Notes under the pieces: generated by a model
The model's input: only the letters and a program-made list of their open reading frames with translations
Databases searched by the model: none
Told to the model about the DNA's origin: nothing
Part shown: positions 1 through 9,657 of the stretch, piece by piece
Numbering within the stretch: position 1 is the stretch's first letter
Layout: every line of letters begins with the position of its first letter
Program-made: the position numbers and the translations under genes
Assembly (NCBI GenBank): GCA_041742535.1
Contig: JBGSIM010000022.1
Location: 464-64,463 of the forward strand
Direction of reading: 5' to 3'
Source of the DNA: Cyclobacteriaceae bacterium
Lineage (GTDB): Bacteria; Bacteroidota; Bacteroidia; Cytophagales; Cyclobacteriaceae
Length of the DNA stretch: 64,000 nt

Positions 1-3000
1 GCGGTTTGATTAATGGTAGCTGTTGTTGCCCCGCTTATCACTGTGTTGTTTAAGAACCAGGCAAACGTAACACCCGTGGCATTGGTGGTGGCAGTAAGTG
101 TGAATGGTTTATCATCATCGCAGGCTGGGGTGCCTGTAACAGCTGCAGTAATTAATCCTGAAACTTCAACAGCTTGTGGAGCCGATCGAACAACACATCC
201 ATTTAACGTACTTACCACTTCAACTTCATATGAGGCTGCATTATCGGCAGTAGTTAATACAATAGACTGACCCAATCCTTGCTGAACACCATTTCTAAAC
301 CATCGGTAGGTAAAACTACCGGAAGGTTGTGCAGTTAAGAGTACCTGATCAGCACAAGGATCACTCTGTGTAAACGTTGCGGCTATTGCAGCGGGTACAT
401 TTACCGTTGTGCTTTGTGTGGCCGGGCAACCCGCCCCCGTAGCTGTAACTGTATATATTACATTGCCTGCACCGGGTAATAATTGAATCGTTGCTGTATT
501 TGCACCACTCACAATGCTACCGGGTACATTGGTCGTCCACGTGTATCCTGTTCCACCCGATGCAGTGAGCGTTGGAGGCGACACGCACAAGTCTGGAGTA
601 AACGATATCGCAATAGGTGCTGTAGGTATAACCGCAAAATTGTTGATGTTAAAAATACAACCCGTATTGTCACGCACTTCAATCGTGTAAGTTCCGGCAG
701 CTAATCCCGGAGCAATATCAAATACTGCGGTGGCTGAAGCAGTCGGGCCTATAACTTGTCCTGTTCCATTATTAGTGACTGTATATTGAAGCGGTAATGT
801 AAATCCACCTACTGTGGTGACACGTACCGTTACAGGATCGCAATTAGGTGGTTGCGCCAATGCAGTAGCTGTGAAGGTAGCATCGGTTAATCCGAATGAA
901 CTTGAAAGCGTACATCCTGAAATTTGGTCAGAGACTATCGCAGAAAACGTTCCTGCCATTTGTCCACCAATTGGGCCAATAGTAGAAGGTACTACTTGAT
1001 CTATTCCTTGTTGGTTAAAACTATTTGGTCCTGTAAGGAAATAAGAGTAAGGACCTGCAGGTGGCACTGAAGTATTTAATTGTAAGGTGATAGAACCAGT
1101 TGCTGTTCCACAACCGGCAGGGTCAATGCCGGAAAGTGTAAATGCTGGTGATACATTCACTGTAAATTCTTTATCATCGGTTATAGTACAGGTTGTTACA
1201 GGATCGGTAACAGTAACCTCGTATGTGAAAATACCTGGGGTAGAAGTATCAACTGCTTGAGTTTGAATGGTGCTTGCATTAACACCATCAATCGTCCATG
1301 CGAAAGTAGCACCTGGGTTTTGTGCATTGAGCGTTGGCGTTGCATTGTCTTCACAAATTGTTAGGTCGGGACCCAAATCAACTTGCGGTCTATTATCAAC
1401 AACAACGGTTTGGCCATTGGAAAAACAGCCGTTTACATCTGTCATCGTAACTAAAATATTTGTTTGGGTATTAACCGTGATGGCCTGCGTTGTTTCTCCC
1501 GTGTTCCATAAATAGGTAAGCCCCGGAAGATTTCCTGTGTTCGCATCCAGAGTTACAACTCCGGTACAAAGCACTGCAGCTCCTGGTATAGTGGGTGGTG
1601 GAGGTGGACTGAATATGCGTACTTGTTGTATTATGGTAGTATCTAAATTACAACGATTGGTGAGACGCATTGATACTGTATAAAGTCCTGGAGCCGCATA
1701 TAAATGGACGGGATCGGATTCTGTACTACTTCCGCCATCGCCAAAGAACCATTGAAAATTATCTATTGCATCAGTAGCCTGTCCTGCAAAACGAGTAGAA
1801 TCTCCAAAGCACACTCCCGTGTAATCAAACCCAGGGCCACCAAAAGCATTGCTTTGAATCTGAACAAAGTTAGGCAAGCCTAGTCGACTGTTGGTTCCGC
1901 CTAACAAAGTAAATCCTGAAGGATTGTAGGTTGAAAGTTGAGTGGTATCCTCATTAGCCATAATAGTTCCTAATGTTCCGCTACCATTGACAGCTACATA
2001 AATTTGTCCATCGGGTCCAATTTGAATGGCACCTAATTCAGTTGTTTGATTAATGCGTTGTTTGAAGAATGGTTGATCCAAGGAATCAAGAAAGTATTCA
2101 AATACCTGCGAAGGGGAGGGAGATCCTTTTACGGTTGCAAATAATTTATTTCCACCCGGTGAAAATTCAATTCCATATACCTGGCCATTCGGTTCATTCA
2201 AATCTATTTTGCGATAGTTACTTAACTCCCCATTGGCATTATCGAATGTAAAGAGTTCAACAAGATTTTGCACCCCTGGAGTTGAGAGTGCAACAGCAAC
2301 ATTATTTCGGGGGCCAATCTTCATGTAGCCTTCGCCATTTTGCTGAAACTTAAAGGAATGATCCGAGCCAATTTCAGAATACACAGGTTGACCTATTCCT
2401 TCTGGTGTAATAGGATAGGCTCTGAATGTATTGTTCCCATATTCATGAACAAGCAACCAGTTTGGAGTAGCGGTAACGCGTTCAGTACTTTTAGAAAAGA
2501 GTAGTACATTTTTCTGTTGCAATGCACCCAATCCGTTATTGAGTTTTAAATCAAATAAAGAATATCGAACCTCGTAAGGTGCAGTTCCATTAATTGCTTG
2601 CGTGGTAAAAATATAATAGAGAGTTTCATCCCCGGGAACGGGCACAATAATGGAAGATTGTGAAGCTAAGGGATCACCACCAATTCCCGCATCAATTTCA
2701 GTATCGGTTTGGTCAAAGACTTTGTCACCATCGGTATAGAAAATTACATCACCATTTCGATCGCACACAATCGCACATCCTTCCGGTGCGTTCATGATGC
2801 TATTATCTAATGCTTCGGGTGGTTGCTCATTAAAATCTATTCCCGCCTTGTTACCAAAGTACCAGACGTTAAATCGTTGATCTTGCAATCCATATTCTTT
2901 CACATTTACCCCGGCATAGGCCGAACAACCTGTAGCATCTGTTACCACAACATAGTAGTAGCCTGCTGAATCAGGTGTGAGTGTATCACCTAAATCGCCA

Positions 3001-4580
3001 TTAGACCAAACTATGGAAGACGCAGTTCCACCCTGAATGGTAACCTTCACCGAAAATTGAGTAGGTGAAGATGTTCCGCGTGGAGGCGGAAACTCATCTT
3101 TACAGGCAGTGGTATCTTCTACAAGAGTCAGTTCAAGTGCAAACGGATTGATAGTAACGGGTTGCGTAAGGGTTTGAGTTTGCCCACGATAAAATGCATT
3201 TAAGGTTACGTTAAATGTACCAGCGTTTTCATAGGTATAGATTGGACTCCAGTTGCCTGAACCTGTTCCATCACCAAAATCCCAACGCAAACTATCGGCA
3301 TTAGGTGTTACTGTTGGGAAAAAACTGGTAGGAGAATTTTGACAAGTACCTTGTGCAATGAAGGTAACGTTCATGATTACACTGTCTTTCGGTTTGAAAG
3401 ATGAAAACTGAGTACTGTTAAAATTAGCAGCTGTAAAAAGTGATTGAGCGTTGGTAACAGCACTGGCAACCGTATCTGTATTAGTAAACCTACCTAGTAA
3501 GAATGGCCCACCAGAAATACCCTGGTATAAATGATAGATTGCACTATCCGGTGCAAGTTGTAATCCGTAACTTCTGAATACTGGTGCCGATAAAACAGGT
3601 GCCAATGTGGTAGTTGGATTTAAGTAATCATACTGAAGAACATTGGCGGCAATACCGGTATCACCGTGGCGTGAAATATATAAGAAGCGACCTTGTGTAT
3701 CCCATTCGATATCGTAAATGGATTGGCTATTTGTTGATGCTGTGGCAGAGTTAAAAAGAAATCGATCGAAGGTAAAGACACCTGTTGCGTTATCGAAGTT
3801 TAAAATGACAGCATCTGCATTAGCACTTTGTGGGGACACTGCAATTTTTCCTGAGGCTTCATGATGTGAAAAATTCGCAACTGACATAGGTAATCCTAAC
3901 CCTGATGTAACTGTTGTTGGAAATGTTGCGGTTGCATCAATTAACGTAGCTGAAAAATTCTGTGATGCATTCTGATGTGTGATTAACCAAAAGTCTACAC
4001 GGTTAGAATGCGGCACAACAATCATCCCTTCCGACCGATTCGATAATCCCGCAACAGCGATATTTTTTTGTACAGCATCCACAACACCCAAAGCCGGTGC
4101 AGGGAAAACCGCATTGCCAAATTGATTTAAATCAATCATGCTCTGGCTTATTGAACCACCTGTAGTAAAATTTGCGGAGTTAGTAAACAGATAATAACGA
4201 TTGGTTTGTCCTGGCATGGGTGCAAGCGCAACAGGTTGATTAGCTCCGGGTTGACCCAATAAACCAGTACCATTGGGCATAGGAAGATGACAACCATCAT
4301 ACACACGGACTCCGTCTGAATAGAAAAGTAAATTGGCTGTAGCAGGATCAGTGGCCACTGCTGCACCTCCTGTTGAAAAAGGTAGTGCTTGATTTGTTGT
4401 GGGCTGAGCTACATTGTTCCCACGATTAAACCGAATGCCATTGGTAGAATTTCCAAAATACCAATTGTGCTTCGACAAATCTTGCGCACCGAGTGAAGTT
4501 GCAAGTGTAAGGATTATTAAAACCGCAGTTGCTCCTCTCCACACACTATTCAGATTTTGTTTACTTACTGAATCCCTCAT
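1..4580 (-). CDS. Very large secreted surface protein, 3'-truncated by window edge (>1520 aa). Two propeller-like modules, each followed by a PKD domain, then Ig-like Cys-containing repeats. Probable T9SS adhesin.
   Basis: Absent from the ORF track because there is no stop in the window. ATG is the complement of 4578-4580, with an in-frame upstream stop at 4614-4616. The frame is open to position 3 (ends read by hand: MRDSVSKQNL..AVLIILTLATSLGAQ ... WFLNNTVISGATTATINQT). PKD signatures WDFGDG (compl. 3267-3284) and WFFGDGG (compl. 1731-1751). Duplicated module start NWYFGN / VWYFGNKAGIDF (compl. 2832-2873). Confidence 0.8.
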   Translation of the reverse strand, partial: MRDSVSKQNLNSVWRGATAVLIILTLATSLGAQDLSKHNWYFGNSTNGIRFNRGNNVAQPTTNQALPFSTGGAAVATDPATANLLFYSDGVRVYDGCHLPMPNGTGLLGQPGANQPVALAPMPGQTNRYYLFTNSANFTTGGSISQSMIDLNQFGNAVFPAPALGVVDAVQKNIAVAGLSNRSEGMIVVPHSNRVDFWLITHQNASQNFSATLIDATATFPTTVTSGLGLPMSVANFSHHEASGKIAVSPQSANADAVILNFDNATGVFTFDRFLFNSATASTNSQSIYDIEWDTQGRFLYISRHGDTGIAANVLQYDYLNPTTTLAPVLSAPVFRSYGLQLAPDSAIYHLYQGISGGPFLLGRFTNTDTVASAVTNAQSLFTAANFNSTQFSSFKPKDSVIMNVTFIAQGTCQNSPTSFFPTVTPNADSLRWDFGDGTGSGNWSPIYTYENAGTFNVTLNAFYRGQTQTLTQPVTINPFALELTLVEDTTACKDEFPPPRGTSSPTQFSVKVTIQGGTASSIVWSNGDLGDTLTPDSAGYYYVVVTDATGCSAYAGVNVKEYGLQDQRFNVWYFGNKAGIDFNEQPPEALDNSIMNAPEGCAIVCDRNGDVIFYTDGDKVFDQTDTEIDAGIGGDPLASQSSIIVPVPGDETLYYIFTTQAINGTAPYEVRYSLFDLKLNNGLGALQQKNVLLFSKSTERVTATPNWLLVHEYGNNTFRAYPITPEGIGQPVYSEIGSDHSFKFQQNGEGYMKIGPRNNVAVALSTPGVQNLVELFTFDNANGELSNYRKIDLNEPNGQVYGIEFSPGGNKLFATVKGSPSPSQVFEYFLDSLDQPFFKQRINQTTELGAIQIGPDGQIYVAVNGSGTLGTIMANEDTTQLSTYNPSGFTLLGGTNSRLGLPNFVQIQSNAFGGPGFDYTGVCFGDSTRFAGQATDAIDNFQWFFGDGGSSTESDPVHLYAAPGLYTVSMRLTNRCNLDTTIIQQVRIFSPPPPPTIPGAAVLCTGVVTLDANTGNLPGLTYLWNTGETTQAITVNTQTNILVTMTDVNGCFSNGQTVVVDNRPQVDLGPDLTICEDNATPTLNAQNPGATFAWTIDGVNASTIQTQAVDTSTPGIFTYEVTVTDPVTTCTITDDKEFTVNVSPAFTLSGIDPAGCGTATGSITLQLNTSVPPAGPYSYFLTGPNSFNQQGIDQVVPSTIGPIGGQMAGTFSAIVSDQISGCTLSSSFGLTDATFTATALAQPPNCDPVTVRVTTVGGFTLPLQYTVTNNGTGQVIGPTASATAVFDIAPGLAAGTYTIEVRDNTGCIFNINNFAVIPTAPIAISFTPDLCVSPPTLTASGGTGYTWTTNVPGSIVSGANTATIQLLPGAGNVIYTVTATGAGCPATQSTTVNVPAAIAATFTQSDPCADQVLLTAQPSGSFTYRWFRNGVQQGLGQSIVLTTADNAASYEVEVVSTLNGCVVRSAPQAVEVSGLITAAVTGTPACDDDKPFTLTATTNATGVTFAWFLNNTVISGATTATINQT

Positions 4581-4690
4581 AACTACTGGTCTTGGTTGAT
4601 CTTGGGTGTTAAATCAAAAATTAAAACGTCAAATAACACTAAAGTAATACATTTTGCCCGAAAATTTCGTTAACCAGACCAAAGCGGCCT

Positions 4691-4704
4691 ATTTGTCGAC
4701 AAAT
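4691..4704. promoter_or_regulatory. Perfect 14-bp palindrome ATTTGTCGACAAAT in a divergent promoter region
   Basis: Read directly. Followed by a T8 run. Lies between the adhesin ATG (4580) and the porP-like ATG (4767). Confidence 0.3.
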
Positions 4705-4766
4705 GTTTTTTTTAATGTTCTGAATGAATTTAATTTGCTTTGATAGATTAGGTTAAAACTGAATTA

Positions 4767-5810
4767 ATGCATCGAATTGTCCTCTTAGTTTGTGGTTGTA
4801 TGCTGTTGGTGGTGGGGTCGGTAACTGCGCAGGATCCACAATACTCTCAATTTTATGCTGCACCACTTTATTTAAACCCAGCGTTTGCAGGTGCCACTAA
4901 TCAGCATCGTGCGGGTATCAATTACCGCAATCAGTGGCCAGCCATTGATGCCAACTTCAACACCATTTCTGCATTTTACGATACGTACATTGAAGACAAG
5001 AACAGTGGTATTGGCGTGTTATTAACCCGCGATCGCGAAGGAATTTTAGGGTTGCAGTCAATGAGCCTTGCGGTTCAATATGCGTATGATTTGCGAATTA
5101 CTAAAGGACTTTCGTTTCGGCCTGGGTTTCAAGCGGCCATTTATAATCGCTCTATCAATTTTGATAAACTTACGTTTGGAGATCAGTTTGATCCTGCTAC
5201 GGGTCAAATAATTAACCCAACATCAGCTGAAGGACTAAATACCGGGGAATCAAAATTTTTTCCAGACATCGCTGTAGGCGGATTGCTTTACAGTAAGAGC
5301 GCTTGGTTGGGCTTTGCAGCGCATCATTTAACACAACCCAATCAATCGTTGATAGGAGAGGAAAGCCGCTTGCCAAGAAAACTTTCAGGTCATGCGGGGT
5401 ATAAATTCTTTTTTAAGCCGGGCGAGATGGGGGATGGATTTTATATGCGGCCTCGCGAACGCAGTGTTGCACCGGCCATTCAATACCGCCATCAGGGGGA
5501 GTTCGATCAGATGGATGTAGGATTTTATTTTACGTTTGAACCACTGATCATTGGAACATGGTATCGTGGTGTGCCATTCAAAAAAGTAAATGGATTTAAT
5601 AATAATGAGTCCATTGTGCTACTCGTGGGCTTCACAAAGAAGGGGCCAAAAGATATTCTGAATATTGGCTATAGTTATGACTACACGATTTCGCAATTAG
5701 GACCCGGTAGTGGAGGTGCTCACGAATTTAGTTTAGTGTACTCTTGGTCAACACGCAATCCGCGCAAGCCTGCAAAGGATAAGTTGTTTATTCCGTGCCC
5801 GGATTTCTAA
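4767..5810 (+). CDS. PorP/SprF family type IX secretion system membrane protein
   Basis: Signal peptide, then the hallmarks AQDPQYSQFYAAPLYLNPAFAG and NYRNQWP. Confidence 0.85.
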   Translation: MHRIVLLVCGCMLLVVGSVTAQDPQYSQFYAAPLYLNPAFAGATNQHRAGINYRNQWPAIDANFNTISAFYDTYIEDKNSGIGVLLTRDREGILGLQSMSLAVQYAYDLRITKGLSFRPGFQAAIYNRSINFDKLTFGDQFDPATGQIINPTSAEGLNTGESKFFPDIAVGGLLYSKSAWLGFAAHHLTQPNQSLIGEESRLPRKLSGHAGYKFFFKPGEMGDGFYMRPRERSVAPAIQYRHQGEFDQMDVGFYFTFEPLIIGTWYRGVPFKKVNGFNNNESIVLLVGFTKKGPKDILNIGYSYDYTISQLGPGSGGAHEFSLVYSWSTRNPRKPAKDKLFIPCPDF

Positions 5811-5898
5811 GCTGGATACTTGTTACTGGTTGCTGGATGATTCTCGATAAGTTGAAGCTTGTATCACATAAATCCAGAATCGAGTATCTTGTATCAAA

Positions 5899-6873
5899 TT
5901 AGTCCTCCCCACTTCCACCAATCTTACACACATCATCATGTCCCAGATGAACGAGTGCGTCACCAGCATTAACAACGGGATTGTTATTGAGGCCTACAAC
6001 ATAGCCATCTGATGGAGATTTTAATGTTTCATTGAAACTCCCAAACGGATCTGTAATGTTTCCTATTATCTGATTTTTAGTTATTAATTCGCCAGATTGG
6101 ATATTCGGTTGAAATAAGCCAGCATATTTTGCGCGTATCCACGATGAATTCCAAATAATTTTGTTTTCGATAGCTGGTTGGGGTGCCTCATCAATCATGT
6201 TTAGATACTTCATTATCCGTAAGGTTCCGTTCACACCTTCTTGAATAGCAAATTGATCGTAGCGAATAGATTCTCCTCCCTCGTAAACAATAATATTCTT
6301 TTCATGCTTGGAAGCAGTTTGCCTTAATGAATGTGGTCGGAAAGGTGAATCGATAGTGAAAGGTGCATGAAAGGCAGCGGCCAATTCAACATTTTTTTCA
6401 TTTTGCATCACACATCGTATTTGCGGATAGTTGGTACGCATAGCGCCACCGGTATGAAAATCAATTCCATAATCAATGGCAGGAATGATTTCATGTGTGA
6501 TATGCCACGCAACACGCGAAGCCAATGATCCTGTTTTGCTTCCCGGAAAGGAACGATTCACATCTTTTCCATCGGGTACTTCGCGCGAGTAATTTAGAAA
6601 GCCATACATATTAATAATAGGCATACACAACACAGTCCCTCGCTTTACGCGATTATATCCATTATCGAGAATGCGTCTTACAATTTCCATCCCGTTAATC
6701 TCATCGCCATGCATACAAGCTGTCAAAGCTAGTACAGGCCCATCTTCTAATCCGCGATAGACATAAATTGGTGTATCAATCATCGTGCGCGAAGGGAGTC
6801 GGGCAATGTTGATGTTGATTTCCTTAAACTCGCCTCGTTCAATGTGCTGAGAGGCTATTACAAGTTCTTTCAT
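5899..6873 (-). CDS. Succinylglutamate desuccinylase/aspartoacylase (AstE/AspA) family zinc hydrolase
   Basis: 324 aa. Metal-site-like CMHGDEINGMEIV and IDFHTGG motifs. Sits downstream of rimK. Confidence 0.7.
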   Translation of the reverse strand: MKELVIASQHIERGEFKEININIARLPSRTMIDTPIYVYRGLEDGPVLALTACMHGDEINGMEIVRRILDNGYNRVKRGTVLCMPIINMYGFLNYSREVPDGKDVNRSFPGSKTGSLASRVAWHITHEIIPAIDYGIDFHTGGAMRTNYPQIRCVMQNEKNVELAAAFHAPFTIDSPFRPHSLRQTASKHEKNIIVYEGGESIRYDQFAIQEGVNGTLRIMKYLNMIDEAPQPAIENKIIWNSSWIRAKYAGLFQPNIQSGELITKNQIIGNITDPFGSFNETLKSPSDGYVVGLNNNPVVNAGDALVHLGHDDVCKIGGSGED

Positions 6874-6880
6874 ATTAATT

Positions 6881-6915
6881 GGTCAACAGTCGACAGTAGT
6901 CGGTCGACTGTGGTC
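6881..6915 (-). other. Intercistronic stem-loop between rimK and the AstE-like gene
   Basis: GGTCAACAGTCGACAGTAGTCGGTCGACTGTGGTC. An 8-bp stem CAGTCGAC/GTCGACTG, with further imperfect flanking pairing, inside a 47-nt spacer. Confidence 0.4.
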
Positions 6916-6920
6916 TTATG

Positions 6921-7832
6921 CTACGCGTTAATCTTATCCTTTTGAATTTTCTTTTTTCCTGCATTCTTCTCAATGTATTCAAAAATTTTTCCGGCAATGT
7001 CATTCTTTGTTGTGCCTTCAATTCCTTCCAAACCTGGTGATGAATTTACTTCGATAATAAGTGGACCTCTTTTGGATGGCAGCATATCAACACCGGCAAC
7101 ACCTAAGCCCATTTTTTTTGCGGCTTCGATTGCAGCATGCTTTTCACTTCTATCTAGTTTCACAACACTTGCTGTTCCACCTCTATGCAGATTCGATCGA
7201 AACTCACCTTCGCGTGTTGCTTGTCTCTTCATGGCTCCAACCACTTCACCATTCACTACAAAGGCACGAATGTCGGCACCCTTCGCTTCTTTTATAAATT
7301 CCTGAACAATGATGCGCGTCTTCACACCATGAAAAGCTTCAATTACCGATTGAGCTGCCTTTTTGTTTTCAGCAAGTACAACCCCTAATCCTTGTGTTCC
7401 TTCTAACAACTTTATAATTACAGGAGCACCACCAACGGCCTCTACAATGCCCTCTGTATCTTTTGTGTAATCCATAAAGATAGTTTTGGGCAAGCCCAAC
7501 CCGGCACGCGAAAGTATTTGCAGACTGCGAAGCTTATCGCGTGAACGAATGAGCGCTTGTGATTCCACAGCGGTAAATACTTTCATCATTTCGAACTGAC
7601 GCACTACAGCGGCTCCATAAAAAGTTACCGAAGCTCCTATGCGTGGAATGATGGCATCAAAATAATCCAGCCTTCGTCCGTTATACCACACCATTGGATT
7701 TTTCTTTTCAATCAACAACACACATTTCATGTGATCGATGATCTCCACTTTATGTCCACGTTTTTCTCCGGCTTCTTTTAATCGCCTGGTTGAATAGAGT
7801 TTGGGGTCTCTTGATAGGATGGCGATATTCAT
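6921..7832 (-). CDS. rimK: RimK-type ATP-grasp alpha-L-glutamate ligase
   Basis: 303 aa. Motifs MNIAILSR.., [26 protein letters not shown] and [14 protein letters not shown]. Confidence 0.9.
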   Translation of the reverse strand: MNIAILSRDPKLYSTRRLKEAGEKRGHKVEIIDHMKCVLLIEKKNPMVWYNGRRLDYFDAIIPRIGASVTFYGAAVVRQFEMMKVFTAVESQALIRSRDKLRSLQILSRAGLGLPKTIFMDYTKDTEGIVEAVGGAPVIIKLLEGTQGLGVVLAENKKAAQSVIEAFHGVKTRIIVQEFIKEAKGADIRAFVVNGEVVGAMKRQATREGEFRSNLHRGGTASVVKLDRSEKHAAIEAAKKMGLGVAGVDMLPSKRGPLIIEVNSSPGLEGIEGTTKNDIAGKIFEYIEKNAGKKKIQKDKINA

Positions 7833-8254
7833 AAGGTAGTTTGTTTGCTTTGGAAAGATAAATCTTTTTCAGTCACGTCAATTAGAAATCGCTTTCGCAG
7901 AATTTTACGGCCTAATAACACAGGAAATTTCAAGTTACCACGATTGCTAAGTGAAAATTCAGCATTAATTAAATGATCATAAATTTTTATTGTTGTCTTA
8001 ATAATGAAACGCATCTCCGCCTCACCAAAGGAGTTTTTCACTTCTCTTCGTTCGAATTTTGAAAACACAAACTTCATTCCGGTAAACTCAGGATGCTCTT
8101 CATCCAACAAAACAAATTCTAAATTACCATCAATGATTTCTGCGCGCGAGCAATGTAAGCTGCATGAATAAGCACCTGTATCTATTTTAGCGTGAATGTT
8201 AATAAGACCGAGGCCGGGCAAATCAATCCGATCCGATCTTCCAAGAATTTTCAT
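7829..8254 (-). CDS. Retropepsin-like putative protease (DUF785, usually annotated 'ATP-dependent zinc protease'; RimB-like)
   Basis: 141 aa. KIDTGA (D-T-G) motif. 4-nt overlap with the rimK start. Confidence 0.75.
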   Translation of the reverse strand: MKILGRSDRIDLPGLGLINIHAKIDTGAYSCSLHCSRAEIIDGNLEFVLLDEEHPEFTGMKFVFSKFERREVKNSFGEAEMRFIIKTTIKIYDHLINAEFSLSNRGNLKFPVLLGRKILRKRFLIDVTEKDLSFQSKQTTL

Positions 8255-8293
8255 TTTTAGTCAATATGGCCAGCAACTAAGGGAATATTCTAT

Positions 8294-8333
8294 AATAAAA
8301 AAAGCCCTTCCGATATAGCTACGGAAGGGCTTT
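8294..8333 (-). terminator. Intrinsic terminator after DUF2911 gene 8355-8867
   Basis: 12-bp stem AAAGCCCTTCCG/CGGAAGGGCTTT with a 9-nt loop, followed on the minus strand by T7. Confidence 0.7.
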
Positions 8334-8354
8334 AAATTTCAGGATATAAGACTA

Positions 8355-8867
8355 TTAACCCTTTGATACTTTAAAAGGAACAAGGGTATTCTCCCATTTT
8401 AACACAACGTTATTTTTTTCAACTGAAATAGTGAAGGTTTCAACGAAGACATCAGTTTTTCCGGGTTTAACATTTACTCTCAATGCATCTTGTTTATCAG
8501 AGTAATCAAAAGGGCTTCCAGTTGCTTGTTTGCTGAAAATAATAACCCATTCGTTTTCACCAGGAATTGTGAATAATCCATATTTTCCCTTTGGGAGCAG
8601 TTTGCCTTCAACTTTTACGTCAGCACTGAATTCAATGGCGGTAACAGCATTAGCACCTGTGCGCCACACTTTTCCATAAGGAACTAGGTCACTCATAATT
8701 TTACGACCCTTGGCGGATGGTTGAGCATAATCAACGGTAACTTTTACTCCATCAATTGTGCCTTCTGCTTTAGCAGGTGGACTTGCTGGCTTTTTGTCTT
8801 GAGCCATTACACTTAGTGAAAACACTAACGCTACCAGGGTGAGAAATATACTTGCTTGTTTTTTCAT
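8355..8867 (-). CDS. DUF2911 family secreted protein
   Basis: Signal peptide. GKVWRTGANAVTAIEF.., KGKYGLFTIPGENEWVIIF pattern. Confidence 0.7.
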   Translation of the reverse strand: MKKQASIFLTLVALVFSLSVMAQDKKPASPPAKAEGTIDGVKVTVDYAQPSAKGRKIMSDLVPYGKVWRTGANAVTAIEFSADVKVEGKLLPKGKYGLFTIPGENEWVIIFSKQATGSPFDYSDKQDALRVNVKPGKTDVFVETFTISVEKNNVVLKWENTLVPFKVSKG

Positions 8868-8985
8868 ACAGTTTTTTTTGTTTGGTTTAAAATCGGTTTT
8901 TGGATGTCACTTATCGTGCCAAAAGAAAATGAAAAGTATTCTCTCTTCCGAAGCGTGAGAACTATCAGATAATTTTTAATATGGG

Positions 8986-9531
8986 TTAGTACTTTAATGG
9001 AACTTTAACCATCGTGTTTTCCCAGGCAATTACCATAGAGGCAGTTGTATCTTTACCATCAAACATGATCGTAAATGCTTCAACCTCCGACTCCGATTTT
9101 CCTGCCGGAACTTTTACTCTCGCAACATCTTTTGATTCATCATATTCATAGGCACCCCAGGTATCTAACTTCGAATTGAAAATAATAGTCCATTCAGTTT
9201 TATCAGGAATTGCATACACTGAATAAGTTCCGGCCTTCAATGTTTTATCACCGAACGTAACATCTTTATAAAGTTTAATTTCAGTGGTTTCATTAGCACC
9301 TAAACGCCAGACTTTTCCATAAGCCTCCGCATCACCCAACATGGTTCTGCCTTTTTTCATTGGTCGACCATAAGTTACTTTGGCGACTGGTTCTGAATTT
9401 CTGCCACCCGGTCTAAAATAAGAGATGTCGGCAGGGCTCGGATCAACACCCGGTAATTTTTGAGCTGATGCAAATTCTGTCGTAGCTGTCATTAGAAAAA
9501 CAGCTAGCGCAATAAGTTTTAATTTTTTCAT
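8986..9531 (-). CDS. DUF2911 family secreted protein (paralog)
   Basis: Signal peptide. GKVWRLGANETTEIKL.., AGTYSVYAIPDKTEWTIIF. Paralogous to 8355-8867. Confidence 0.7.
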   Translation of the reverse strand: MKKLKLIALAVFLMTATTEFASAQKLPGVDPSPADISYFRPGGRNSEPVAKVTYGRPMKKGRTMLGDAEAYGKVWRLGANETTEIKLYKDVTFGDKTLKAGTYSVYAIPDKTEWTIIFNSKLDTWGAYEYDESKDVARVKVPAGKSESEVEAFTIMFDGKDTTASMVIAWENTMVKVPLKY

Positions 9532-9560
9532 AGAGGTTTGTTTGTAAGTGATTTTAACAA

Positions 9561-9592
9561 AATAAAAATGCCCTTATTTTTATAAAAGGGCA
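9561..9592 (-). terminator. Intrinsic terminator ending the thioredoxin/rhodanese operon
   Basis: Stem TGCCCTT/AAGGGCA, followed on the minus strand by TTTTTATT. Confidence 0.6.
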
Positions 9593-9657
9593 ATAGTTTT
9601 ATACACTTCAAACGGTTTAAATGGTTAGTTGGTTCTATTCAGCTTTAAAATTCCCTT

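Noticed and set aside
13-2251. Five + strand ORFs of 60-85 aa (13-270, 483-704, 814-999, 1267-1515, 2069-2251), plus 4414-4599 (+) and 4148-4366 (-)
   Set aside because: All lie inside the long open minus-strand frame of the adhesin (compl. 3-4580). Their composition is low-complexity or Cys/Val-rich, typical of shadow frames.
5811-5898. Repeated words CTGGAT / ATCCAG and CTCGAT / ATCGAG between the convergent PorP and AstE-like genes
   Set aside because: The words are in permuted order and do not form a single convincing stem or T-run terminator. This is likely weak bidirectional termination structure or chance.
6973-7388. Three overlapping + strand ORFs antisense to rimK
   Set aside because: rimK on the minus strand has unmistakable ATP-grasp motifs, so these are antisense shadow ORFs.
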